In this document: positions 1 to 8,486 of the stretch, one piece after another
Layout: every line of letters begins with the position of its first letter
How positions within the stretch are numbered: the stretch's first letter is position 1
Origin: Candidatus Uhrbacteria bacterium
GTDB lineage: Bacteria > Patescibacteriota > Patescibacteriia > UBA9934
DNA length: 64,000 nucleotides
Assembly: GCA_943354605.1 (NCBI GenBank)
Contig: CALRCK010000002.1
Coordinates: forward strand, 6,280-70,279
Direction of reading: 5' to 3'
Program-made: the position numbers and the translations under genes
Notes under the pieces: generated by a model
What the model was told of the DNA's origin: nothing
The model's input: the letters and a program-made list of their open reading frames with translations, nothing else
Databases searched by the model: none

Positions 1-1038
1 GATCCGCCTCAGCCTTCGTCGCAATACTTCTTCCATTGCCGCAACATCATTCGCGCCTTCAAAACCTTTAATCTTGAACTTCCGATACATCACCTTGTTT
101 GGCTGACCGTTTTCGAAAACGACCATAGACGCAACGTTCGACGTGCCGGAGATATTCGCGATGTCGTACGCTTCGATGCGACCCAACACATTGATGAATC
201 CTTCCCCACTTTTTGCTTTTAACTTTTCGCTTTTAACTCCTCCCCCATCCCAATCATCCTCTCTCGTAATCAACGCCACATCGTTCACGTGCTCGAGTGC
301 ATTGATTTTGTTTCGTAGGCCGGCAGCACGTTCGAAATCTTTCGCAAGCGCGGCTCGCTTCATCTCTTTCGTCATCTGTTTCACGATGGATGTTTTCTTT
401 CCTTCAAAGAATTGGATGAGCTGACGAATACTCTTCCGATACTCCTTCTTCGAAATTGCCCCAGTGCACACGCCAGGGCATCGGCCAATCTGCGCATCAA
501 AGCACGGCCGACCGCCCTCCTGATGTTCACATGTACTCCACGGAATGGATCGCCTTACCAATTCAAGCGCAGTTCGAAGTGATCGACTGCTGATGTACGG
601 ACCAAATACGGCGAAAAACTTTTTCTTTGCCGCTCCAGAAAGCACTTTGGTAAACGGCTGCACGCCCATGCGCTCCAAGTCGAGTCCGCGCAGCAACACC
701 GGCCTTGGAAAATCCTCGTTCGTGATACAGAGATACAAGAAACTCTTGTCGTCTCTGCTCAAAATATTGTACGGCGGCTGGTTCTTGCGAATCTGATTTG
801 ATTCTAAGACGAGCGCCTCGATAACCGTTGGTGTTTGAACATAATCAATGCGCGCAATGTTCGCGACGAGATCGGCGATACGGCCGTTGTGCGCTTTAGT
901 AAAATACGATCCGACTCTTTTCTTCAAACTCGTCGCCTTTCCGATATACAACAATCTCCCCGCAACGTCGTAATACAAATACACCCCAGGAGCATCTGGA
1001 AGTTCGCCATGCAAAATGCGGATGGAGGAAGGAATCAT
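1..1038 (-). CDS. uvrC: Excinuclease ABC subunit C, N-terminal part. The gene continues past the window start.
   Basis: Reverse translation from about 1038 begins MIPSSIRILHGELPDAPGVYLYYD...LLYIGKATSLKKRVGSYF, a GIY-YIG nuclease motif, followed by a UvrC-like Cys-rich region. It is absent from the ORF track because there is no stop inside the window. Confidence 0.85.
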   Translation of the reverse strand, partial: MIPSSIRILHGELPDAPGVYLYYDVAGRLLYIGKATSLKKRVGSYFTKAHNGRIADLVANIARIDYVQTPTVIEALVLESNQIRKNQPPYNILSRDDKSFLYLCITNEDFPRPVLLRGLDLERMGVQPFTKVLSGAAKKKFFAVFGPYISSRSLRTALELVRRSIPWSTCEHQEGGRPCFDAQIGRCPGVCTGAISKKEYRKSIRQLIQFFEGKKTSIVKQMTKEMKRAALAKDFERAAGLRNKINALEHVNDVALITREDDWDGGGVKSEKLKAKSGEGFINVLGRIEAYDIANISGTSNVASMVVFENGQPNKVMYRKFKIKGFEGANDVAAMEEVLRRRLRRI

Positions 1039-1166
1039 TGAAAGAGCGTAACAAAAAAAGGTAAAAGTCGCGAGAACGGAACTGACCTTAGAGGAGACTA
1101 GGGCGGGATGACGGCGACAAGACATCAATGCCGAGAGTGGGGGTGCTCGATTTCCGAATCTTTGAG

Positions 1167-1184
1167 TGTAAAGCGGGCTTTACA
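1167..1184. promoter_or_regulatory. Perfect palindrome TGTAAAG-N4-CTTTACA, copy 1 of 2, upstream of uvrC. Putative operator.
   Basis: Read directly as tgtaaagcgggctttaca. A second copy lies 58 bp away. Both sit 130-200 bp upstream of the uvrC start. Confidence 0.4.
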
Positions 1185-1224
1185 TATCAAACAGCACTTT
1201 TATTGGGTTTTTCGATCGGAAACG

Positions 1225-1242
1225 TGTAAAGAGGGCTTTACA
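1225..1242. promoter_or_regulatory. Perfect palindrome TGTAAAG-N4-CTTTACA, copy 2 of 2.
   Basis: Read directly as tgtaaagagggctttaca. The flanking gtg...cat/cac is also shared with copy 1. Confidence 0.4.
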
Positions 1243-1382
1243 CTCGCAAACTGCAGAATCGAAGACCCCACGCTCTCCCCGCCAAACTCAGTTTCCTCGA
1301 GCGCTATATCACCATCCCAATCCATTCAAAGATTCAGATCAGGATTGCCTCCCCTTCACGTCCATCCAAGGTTAGTTCAGTT

Positions 1383-2513
1383 TCACCCAACAACCGTCGT
1401 CACCATCACCGCAACAAACATCACAAAGGTAAAAGCAATCGCCCACTGAGAAATTTGCAGAGAATTTTTTGGAAGATCCGCACTGACTCGAGCACGTTCG
1501 TAGGCGATAAGCATCATGATCGCGGTAAGCGAACTGAGTATGCCGCCCGTAATGGATAATACCGAAGCAATGCGCTGGGCGCCCATAAGAAACAATGCAA
1601 ACGGAAGGCTCGCTGTCGTCATCCACGCAGAAACAAAACGCATGCGTAAGTCGTACAGGAACGTATTTGTTAGCTGTGTTGCAAGATTGGTGTACGCGTT
1701 AAACGTGGTAAGCAGCGCAATGCCGCACGCAAGAAGGACGAGACTCTTTCCAACCGCAGAAAGTCCAAGAATGCCGTTCTCTGTGGTTGCCACTCCCGTT
1801 ACTGCAAGAATGCCAATGCCGAAAACGGTATATACCATCGGAACAATCACCGATGCGCGAATGATTGATTTTGGAAGAAGATCGGAGCGCTTTCCGAGAA
1901 TGTCGCGCATTTCTGGAACCGCAGACAACCCACCAAACGCGAACAGCATCACGCCAAGCGGAATGCTCATGTTGCCAGAGGCTGAGGCGAGAACGTGTAC
2001 AACCGTCATGTGCGGCGCCGCGACGATCATGAGAAGCACGATAAGGCCAATGAATAGTGGAATAAGAAACTTCTGTGCGCGAGCAACAAAGAGCGAACCA
2101 CCAATCGTAAAGAAGGATGCGACGACAAAAAAGACAACGCTCGCCGTCGTTATCGTCATCGGAAAAATCGGAAACGTCACCACGCGTAAAAACTGTCCGC
2201 CGAAAATGATAAAGGCGAGCAGCGCGCCAAATGTTGCGCCAATGTAGGCAAATGCCGCGATGCCGGTGCCGAGGTGGCCAAGTTCGCGACCGATTACTTG
2301 AATGAACCGTGCTTTCCCGCCACGAATCATCACCAAATCGCCGTACAAGCGCAGAACAAGAAAGCTGATGAGTGCCGCAAGAAGGAGCTCAAGAATTCCG
2401 ATGCCGATGCCAACCTGGAGGATCGCATACGGCAACCCCAAAATTCCCACGCCAATCATAGTGCCGATGAGTGGCCGTGCCGCGCTCCAAATACGAGACG
2501 AATCTGATTCCAT
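1383..2513 (-). CDS. Amino acid permease-like polytopic membrane transporter.
   Basis: A 390-aa ORF with about 11 hydrophobic helices and GxG-rich transporter-like segments. The N-terminus is chosen at MESDSS (ATG). The longer track ORF begins at a GTG inside a GGAGGGG stretch. Confidence 0.6.
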   Translation of the reverse strand: MESDSSRIWSAARPLIGTMIGVGILGLPYAILQVGIGIGILELLLAALISFLVLRLYGDLVMIRGGKARFIQVIGRELGHLGTGIAAFAYIGATFGALLAFIIFGGQFLRVVTFPIFPMTITTASVVFFVVASFFTIGGSLFVARAQKFLIPLFIGLIVLLMIVAAPHMTVVHVLASASGNMSIPLGVMLFAFGGLSAVPEMRDILGKRSDLLPKSIIRASVIVPMVYTVFGIGILAVTGVATTENGILGLSAVGKSLVLLACGIALLTTFNAYTNLATQLTNTFLYDLRMRFVSAWMTTASLPFALFLMGAQRIASVLSITGGILSSLTAIMMLIAYERARVSADLPKNSLQISQWAIAFTFVMFVAVMVTTVVG

Positions 2514-2627
2514 AGCGCCATCATTGTACCATTTTCGTTTATCCCCTCCCCGCACACAGCTTCTTCACACGTTACGCACGTTTTTCGCTTTCGATGCCCC
2601 GCGGAGTCGGTTACCATACCCCTACAT

Positions 2628-4106
2628 ATGTCCGATGTCGGTCGCATCCCTCCACACAATCTTGAAGCCGAGCGCTCGCTGCTTGGCGCGTTGTTGCTTG
2701 ACCAAGAAGTGCTCCTCAAAATCGGCGACACATTGCGGTCAGAGGACTTCTACAAAGATTCTCACCGAATCTTGTACGAAATCATGCTCGAGCTCGTTGA
2801 CCGCCATGAACCGATCGATGTGCTCACCCTCGGCAATCGTCTTGAAGAAAAAGGTGTGCTCAAGCAAATTGGCGGACGAACCGCGCTCGTCGAACTCACG
2901 AACGTGACGACGACTGCCGCACACGTTGCACACCACGCGGAAATTATTGCAAAAAAAGCAGCGCTTCGTCGTTTGCTCTCTGCCGCAAGCGAAATTACGG
3001 AACTTGGGTTCGACGAATCCCAAGACGTGGACGTGCTGCTCGACGAAGCCGAGCGCCGGCTGTTTAACGTTTCACAAAATTTCATTAAGCAATCGTTCAC
3101 GCCGCTCCACACGCTGCTGACTGAGGCGTTCGATCGTATCGACGAGCTTCACAAAGAAAAGGGAAAGCTTCGCGGTGTTGCGACAGGATTCTTTGGCATC
3201 GACAACTTGCTCGCCGGGTTGCAAAACTCGGACCTCATCATTCTCGCCGCCCGACCATCCGTGGGAAAAACATCCTTCGCCATGGACATCATTCGCAACG
3301 TCGCGCTGCGTACCGGCAAACCCGTGGGATTCTTCAGTCTCGAAATGAGCAAGGAACAGTTGGTTGACCGCATGATCTCCGCCGAAGCGAATGTGGACCT
3401 CTGGAAACTTCGTACGGGCCGGCTTTCCGAAAGCGCCGACGACTTCCCTCGCATCGGCGAAGCACTCGGCAAATTGTCGGAAGCGCCAATCTTCATCGAC
3501 GATTCTCCAATCGCGACAATCATGAGTATCCGTACGAAAGCGCGCCGGTTGCAAAGCGAACACGGGCTTTCCATGATCGTCATCGACTACTTGCAGCTCA
3601 TGGAAGCGCGAAAGAAAACGGACAATCGCGTGCAAGAAGTGGCAGAAATTTCTCGAGGATTGAAACAAATCGCTCGTGAACTCAACGTTCCAGTGCTCGC
3701 ACTCGCACAGCTCTCCCGTGCGGTGGAAATGACCAAGCCTGCTATTCCAAAACTCGCCCACCTCCGCGACTCGGGAAGCATCGAGCAGGATGCCGACGTC
3801 GTCATGTTCCTCTACCGTAAAGCCGCAGACCGAAACTATCAGCCAGAGGAACTGACGCCAGAAGAAAAAACCAAAGCCGAAGTGCACATCGCTAAACATC
3901 GTAACGGACCAACCGGCATGGTGCCGCTCTTCTGGGACGCAACGCATGCGAGTTTCAAAAACTTGGACACGCGGACGTCTGGGTTCTCTCCACCCAACAC
4001 CTCACACACTACACCCTCCGATGCTTCCACCGAACCAAAACCCAGCAACGTCGGTCTCCCGCCAGGCGTTCCGCCAAAAGGCTACGGTCTTCCACCGAAA
4101 CAGTAA
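2628..4106 (+). CDS. dnaB: Replicative DNA helicase DnaB.
   Basis: The N-terminus has NLEAERSLLGALLLD. There is a Walker A motif (ARPSVGKTSF), a DnaB C-terminal RecA-like domain (IVIDYLQLM, SGSIEQDADVV) and a 45-aa Pro/Ser/Thr-rich C-terminal tail. Confidence 0.95.
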   Translation: MSDVGRIPPHNLEAERSLLGALLLDQEVLLKIGDTLRSEDFYKDSHRILYEIMLELVDRHEPIDVLTLGNRLEEKGVLKQIGGRTALVELTNVTTTAAHVAHHAEIIAKKAALRRLLSAASEITELGFDESQDVDVLLDEAERRLFNVSQNFIKQSFTPLHTLLTEAFDRIDELHKEKGKLRGVATGFFGIDNLLAGLQNSDLIILAARPSVGKTSFAMDIIRNVALRTGKPVGFFSLEMSKEQLVDRMISAEANVDLWKLRTGRLSESADDFPRIGEALGKLSEAPIFIDDSPIATIMSIRTKARRLQSEHGLSMIVIDYLQLMEARKKTDNRVQEVAEISRGLKQIARELNVPVLALAQLSRAVEMTKPAIPKLAHLRDSGSIEQDADVVMFLYRKAADRNYQPEELTPEEKTKAEVHIAKHRNGPTGMVPLFWDATHASFKNLDTRTSGFSPPNTSHTTPSDASTEPKPSNVGLPPGVPPKGYGLPPKQ

Positions 4107-4158
4107 GATTGGTACCATTCGGAGCGTACGAACGGATAAAGATAAGAATTAATCTCAC

Positions 4159-4284
4159 CTGAACGTTCATATTTGCGACGAGTTTGGGTGCGCGTCGAGG
4201 AAAGCTCGCGAGACGTACTTCATGTGTACGTTGAGCGAGTTTCCGATGACGCAAGCCCAAAATCGGCCAAATAGGGACGTTCAG
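4159..4284 (+). ncRNA. Conserved structured intergenic element, copy 1. The family has seven copies in this window.
   Basis: The shared core is AGTTTCGGTGCGCG..GAGGAAAGC..GCGAGACGTACTTCA..GTACGTTGAGCGAGTTTCC..ACGCAA.CCGAAAAT.GGCCAA. The copy-specific closing stem is ctgaacgt / acgttcag. It ends 7 nt before the ybaB ATG. Confidence 0.5.
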
Positions 4285-4291
4285 AAAACCT

Positions 4292-4585
4292 ATGTTCAAT
4301 AAGATTAAGCAGATCAAAGACATGCGCGACCAGAGCAAGATGATGAAGGCGATGCTCGACGAAGTGGTGATTGTGGGAATAGGCGCTCGCGGAAAAGTGA
4401 TGATCACGGTGAACGGAAGCCACGAAACACTTGGAGTAAAGGTGGATGAGACACTCAACCATTCAGAAATCGAAACCGGCGTGAAGGAAGCGCTCAACGA
4501 CGTGAACAGCAAGCTTCAGGTTGAGCTCATGAAAAAGATGAAAGAGATGGGCGGATTGGATGCGTTTAAGAATCTCGGACTGTAG
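4292..4585 (+). CDS. ybaB: YbaB/EbfC family nucleoid-associated protein.
   Basis: A 97-aa protein MFNKIKQIKDMRDQSKMMKAM...GGLDAFKNLGL. It shows the classic ybaB-recR adjacency. Confidence 0.8.
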   Translation: MFNKIKQIKDMRDQSKMMKAMLDEVVIVGIGARGKVMITVNGSHETLGVKVDETLNHSEIETGVKEALNDVNSKLQVELMKKMKEMGGLDAFKNLGL

Positions 4586-4626
4586 ACCTCCCCTAACCCC
4601 TCCTTCGTAAGGAGGGGGACCGCTCT

Positions 4627-5226
4627 ATGCGCAGGTTCCCCACTCCCATTCATAATGCCGCGGCCGCATTGGGTCGCCTTCCGGGAGTGGGGCCAAAAAC
4701 CGCACTTCGTTACGCGTTCGCGCTTCTCCATTTCAGCAAACTTGAACTCGCGAGCATTGGTCGTGCGATTGTCGACCTCGGTAATATCACACTGTGCCAA
4801 ACCTGCTTCACGTTTGCTGAAAAAGACTTGTGCGAAATTTGTGCAGATCCAAACCGCGACGCAACAAAGCTCTGTATCGTTGCTGAGGCGCGCGATATTT
4901 CCACCATCGAGGCCACAAGCGTGTACAAAGGGCGCTACTTCGTCCTCGGTGGCACACTCAACCCTATCGACGGCCGCACACCAGAAACGCTCAACGTGAA
5001 AGCCTTGCTCGATCTTGTGAAAAACTCGCCTTCAATCACCGAGTGTATTCTTGCGTTCTCTCCAGATGTTCACGGCGAAACCACTATCATGTATCTGCAA
5101 CGCCAGCTTTCGACATTTGGAAAATCGATGACGCGACTCGCTCGCGGTCTCCCCATGGGTGCCGATATTGAGTATGCGGACGAAGTCACGCTCGCAAGCG
5201 CAATGACCGGGAGATCAAAAGCGTAG
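4627..5226 (+). CDS. recR: Recombination protein RecR.
   Basis: It has a helix-hairpin-helix (LPGVGPKTALR), a C4 zinc finger (CQTCFTF...CEIC) and a Toprim segment. Confidence 0.95.
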   Translation: MRRFPTPIHNAAAALGRLPGVGPKTALRYAFALLHFSKLELASIGRAIVDLGNITLCQTCFTFAEKDLCEICADPNRDATKLCIVAEARDISTIEATSVYKGRYFVLGGTLNPIDGRTPETLNVKALLDLVKNSPSITECILAFSPDVHGETTIMYLQRQLSTFGKSMTRLARGLPMGADIEYADEVTLASAMTGRSKA

Positions 5227-5228
5227 AG

Positions 5229-5258
5229 ACGACCCCGCCGGGTCGTCCCTCTTATTTC
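5229..5258. terminator. GC hairpin between convergent recR and the LCP gene. Possibly a bidirectional terminator.
   Basis: The sequence gacgacccCGCCgggtcgtc is flanked by T/A runs. Confidence 0.35.
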
Positions 5259-6484
5259 ACCAAGAGCGCCTCAAGAAGTGTTCGACCCTTTGTTTCCCAC
5301 ACTAACGATCCGAGCGTCTGTTGTTCGAGAATGTAATCCGCAACGAACTGGACCGCGCCGTCGTGGTCGGTAGCATTCAGCGACGTTGCATACGCCTCAG
5401 TAAACCGATATTCCAGAGACTCGCGCGCACCTTCGTCCTCAACTTGCAGCCACAACTGTTGATCGACAACGTCACCAACATGACCAGATTTCCCCGCAAG
5501 CACCGACTCTAAGTACGTCACCAAGTCGTTCTGCACATCTTCCACGGTCCGATTCGCTAAATCGAATCGCGACAATCTCCCTTCCAGCTTCGCGAGAAGA
5601 TCATCAATCTGCTTGCTCGCGTTCGCGGGATCGAAGTGAAGTTCTTTCACGTCGTAATGCGGCTTCATGGTCAGTGCAATGTCGTCTGGGCGATTCGCGA
5701 TGCCGTGAAGCAACAGACCGTCGTACAACGCCTTCGCGGTGCTTTCACTCATGTCGGTGTCCACAAACGAGTACAGTAAATGGAACATCACATCCGGCAC
5801 ACCGTCGCCATCAAGAAGTTTTAGCGCAACATCTTTCAAAAACACCGCTTGATTTTGACTACGCTGCGGATCCCCAATTTTATAACTCTGCCGTGCGCGC
5901 AACCACTGTAGGCCCTCAGTGGTCGGCAATTCCAGCGTGCGCAAAATACCAAGGACCTGAGAAAATCCCGCCGTCACGACGTAGTCTGCCTTCACGCCAA
6001 CGATGTGCTCAATTTGTTCCACACCGTAATCAAGGCCAGCAAACGCACACGCGTTCGCGAGATAATATTCATTGTCGGCATACGTTCCCGGTGGAATGTA
6101 CGCATAGGTTCCGCGCGGAACACTCGTCACGAGCACCGACCAGGTTTTCGTGTTCACGGACACCATGTGAATAGAATCACAATGCTGTTCGATCCCCTCT
6201 TTTCGCGAATCCAAACCAAGCACCAACACATTGATGGTTTGATCATCGCCAAACGGAACATCGTCATACGATAGCGTCGTAGCCTTTCGCGCAGAAAGCA
6301 CCGCATCCACGGCACTATTCACTCGCGGCGTTACCGCGGAAACCGAAAGGGGAACTGTACGAAACCACAAAAAAGTCGTCACCATTGCTGTACAACTTAC
6401 TGCAACCACAAGCAAAGTGACCCTCCGTTTTTCACGCCTCCAAAAGTTCAAAAAGGACATACAACAAATTCTTATCTCCTTCAT
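5252..6484 (-). CDS. LytR/CpsA/Psr (LCP) family cell-envelope polymer transferase.
   Basis: It has an N-terminal TM helix followed by INVLVLGLDSR...DSIHMVSVN, an LCP signature. The start is chosen at MKEIRI. The track ORF is longer because it uses a TTG start. Confidence 0.75.
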   Translation of the reverse strand: MKEIRICCMSFLNFWRREKRRVTLLVVAVSCTAMVTTFLWFRTVPLSVSAVTPRVNSAVDAVLSARKATTLSYDDVPFGDDQTINVLVLGLDSRKEGIEQHCDSIHMVSVNTKTWSVLVTSVPRGTYAYIPPGTYADNEYYLANACAFAGLDYGVEQIEHIVGVKADYVVTAGFSQVLGILRTLELPTTEGLQWLRARQSYKIGDPQRSQNQAVFLKDVALKLLDGDGVPDVMFHLLYSFVDTDMSESTAKALYDGLLLHGIANRPDDIALTMKPHYDVKELHFDPANASKQIDDLLAKLEGRLSRFDLANRTVEDVQNDLVTYLESVLAGKSGHVGDVVDQQLWLQVEDEGARESLEYRFTEAYATSLNATDHDGAVQFVADYILEQQTLGSLVWETKGRTLLEALLVK

Positions 6485-6592
6485 AATCGAAACTGAGCAA
6501 TCGCGCAATACAGATACCCCTGTGAATAACCTTCTTTCGTGCAATTGCAAAGATTGCTAAGCTTTCCGACGTAATTCATCTTTTTCTAATTC

Positions 6593-6712
6593 GGGGTTTC
6601 TTAGTTGCGACAAGTTTCGGTGCGCGTTGAGGAAAGCTTGCGAGACGTACTTCACGGTACGTTGAGCGAGTTTCCAATAACGCAAACCGAAAATTGGCCA
6701 ACTGAGGAAGCC
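6593..6712 (+). ncRNA. Conserved structured intergenic element, copy 2.
   Basis: It has the same core as copy 1. The closing stem is gggtttcttag / ctgaggaagccc. It ends 10 nt before the HU gene ATG. Confidence 0.5.
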
Positions 6713-6722
6713 CGCCAATCGT

Positions 6723-7010
6723 ATGGCAGCAAAGCGCCTCACAAAGTCCCAGATCATGGCAGAGCTCTCAGAGCGCTGGGGAGTTTCCAAGAAACAGGCT
6801 GGAGAAATGTACGACAGCTTCGTTGCAATGATCTACGGAGAAATCAAGCGCGCTGGCGAAGTTGCATTCCCAGGCCTTGGAAAGATGGTAAAGAAGCAGC
6901 GCGCAGCACGCATGGGCCGCAACCCAGCAACTGGAGCAACCATCAAGATCCCAGCACGCACCGTCCTCAAGTTCGGCGTGAGCAAGGCAGCAAAGGAAGC
7001 ATTGCTCTAA
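6723..7010 (+). CDS. hup: HU/IHF family DNA-binding protein.
   Basis: A 95-aa protein MAAKRLTKSQIMAELSE...GFGKM..RNPATGATIKIPARTVLKF, showing the HU arm motif. Confidence 0.9.
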   Translation: MAAKRLTKSQIMAELSERWGVSKKQAGEMYDSFVAMIYGEIKRAGEVAFPGLGKMVKKQRAARMGRNPATGATIKIPARTVLKFGVSKAAKEALL

Positions 7011-7029
7011 GCATTGGATCGTTTAAAAA

Positions 7030-7057
7030 ATCCCGCGAACAATCGCGGGATTTTTTA
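7030..7057 (+). terminator. Rho-independent terminator after the HU gene.
   Basis: The hairpin atcccgcga-acaa-tcgcgggat is followed by tttttt. Confidence 0.7.
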
Positions 7058-7098
7058 TTGTATGAAATACTTGATACACAATTTTCCTAACGAAATGT

Positions 7099-7524
7099 AT
7101 GAACAACGATTTCTACACCCACCGTTTTGAAGAAATACTCACAAAGATATCGATGACATCTTCCCTTCAGTCCGAACTCGATAGCGTTCGGGGTCCTAAC
7201 GATCCCGCAATGAGCACGGACGAATTTCGACGCGAACTTCTTGCACAGTTCTCGGTACTGCTCGAACGAGAGCGACTCAGCGATCCGAACGTAGAATTCA
7301 ATACTATCGCAGCAATGACCGTCAGCGCTTTTGCAAAGCAGTTCTCCCCAGCGCCCGACGCAAACGAAGATTCCGTCCTCAGTGAAGACGCGCAACGCCA
7401 ACTCCGCGAAATCTTCGATGACATAATGGTTCGCGTGCTCAACGCCCGATTCAAAGATCCAAATGCGTCAGAAATGCATGAGTCCTCGAATGTCATCGCT
7501 CTCAACACAAAAAGAAGGCGATAA
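7099..7524 (+). CDS. Hypothetical acidic protein.
   Basis: A 141-aa ORF with no recognisable motif. It is bracketed by two terminators. Confidence 0.4.
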   Translation: MNNDFYTHRFEEILTKISMTSSLQSELDSVRGPNDPAMSTDEFRRELLAQFSVLLERERLSDPNVEFNTIAAMTVSAFAKQFSPAPDANEDSVLSEDAQRQLREIFDDIMVRVLNARFKDPNASEMHESSNVIALNTKRRR

Positions 7525-7527
7525 TAC

Positions 7528-7558
7528 AAACCCGCGAGTGATCGCGGGTTTGTATTTG
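7528..7558. terminator. Bidirectional terminator hairpin.
   Basis: The hairpin aaacccgcga-gtga-tcgcgggttt is followed by gtatttg. It lies between convergent genes. Confidence 0.65.
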
Positions 7559-7562
7559 CTCG

Positions 7563-8453
7563 CTACGGCTGTAACGATTCCGCCGGAGAACGGCCTTCGG
7601 TGCTAATAATCACCGATGTCACCGTTGGGAACTGTTTCAGTGTTGATTCAATCTGCGAACGAATCGATGTCACGCGGCAAGAACCACCGGTTTCGAGCGA
7701 TTTGGAGAATTCCACTTTCGCAACACCGTCATTAATCGTGAGGCTCTTGATAGAAACGAACGGTGGGATGCTTGTGGAAAGCTGTGCCGACGATTCTGGC
7801 GTATTTGGACCAGCGAGCAACTCCGTAAGCGCCGTGTAGCCCACGGCCGCAGACTTCGCGACACGGCGCTCTGTTGCCGTCACCGAACTACATAGTCCGC
7901 TGGTTTCTGTATTGGTCCAATACGTTTTCACGACCATCGATTCAAGAGACGGAAACTTCACCGGAAATGCCACGAGGTCGATAACTGCACCATCTTTTGC
8001 GCTGTAATCGAACACTTCAAGCGATCCCACGCTGCCAGTTGGCGCATCGTAACTTGTGGTGACGGTGAAATTGCCGAACTCGCCAACATCTGGCGCGTTG
8101 CTCATCGCATTGCCTTCTGCAAGAACAGAGCCATTCGCGTCAAGCAATCGGTAATTGAATGTACTTTCAAAGACACGCGCCTTGCCCTTTATCACGAGCG
8201 GCAAGCCAATAATCTCGTCCGCGGTCGGACTCACGACGGTGATATTTCCCGATGTCGATGTTGCGCCAACCGAAACATCGGAACCGTCGTCAGAAATTCC
8301 GCCACCATCACCAACATCTGCAGTATCGTCCGTATCTCTCCAATCCGGAGGAATAATCGCACTATTCATCGAACGGAAGATGAGCAGCCCCACGAATGCA
8401 ACACCGATCGCTGCGAGAATCGCGAGTAACGCAAAGGAGAATGGATGTTTCAT
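7563..8453 (-). CDS. Membrane-anchored GerMN / Gmad2-like domain protein.
   Basis: It has an N-terminal TM helix and an acidic linker. The sequence composition resembles GerM-type spore/germination or lipoprotein domains. This call rests on weak motif-level support. Confidence 0.45.
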   Translation of the reverse strand: MKHPFSFALLAILAAIGVAFVGLLIFRSMNSAIIPPDWRDTDDTADVGDGGGISDDGSDVSVGATSTSGNITVVSPTADEIIGLPLVIKGKARVFESTFNYRLLDANGSVLAEGNAMSNAPDVGEFGNFTVTTSYDAPTGSVGSLEVFDYSAKDGAVIDLVAFPVKFPSLESMVVKTYWTNTETSGLCSSVTATERRVAKSAAVGYTALTELLAGPNTPESSAQLSTSIPPFVSIKSLTINDGVAKVEFSKSLETGGSCRVTSIRSQIESTLKQFPTVTSVIISTEGRSPAESLQP

Positions 8454-8486
8454 ATACAGAGAGCATACGCCATTCTCCCGAAACTA

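Noticed and set aside
4159-4284. The conserved element as a promoter. TTGCGA/TTCAGA/TTGAGA at its 5' end resembles a -35 hexamer.
   Set aside because: No AT-rich -10 hexamer follows at 16-18 nt in any copy. The element's 3' end abuts mature tRNA 5' ends, which is incompatible with a transcription start there. The co-varying stems favour RNA structure.
4009-4512. Minus-strand ORFs running through element copies (4009-4512, 4220-4462, 6557-6790) share peptide-like similarity (WPI(F/L)GLR..KLAQRT).
   Set aside because: The similarity follows from nucleotide-level conservation of the element. Reading frames and strands are not preserved across copies, and the ORFs overlap real genes (dnaB end, ybaB). 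They are not coding.
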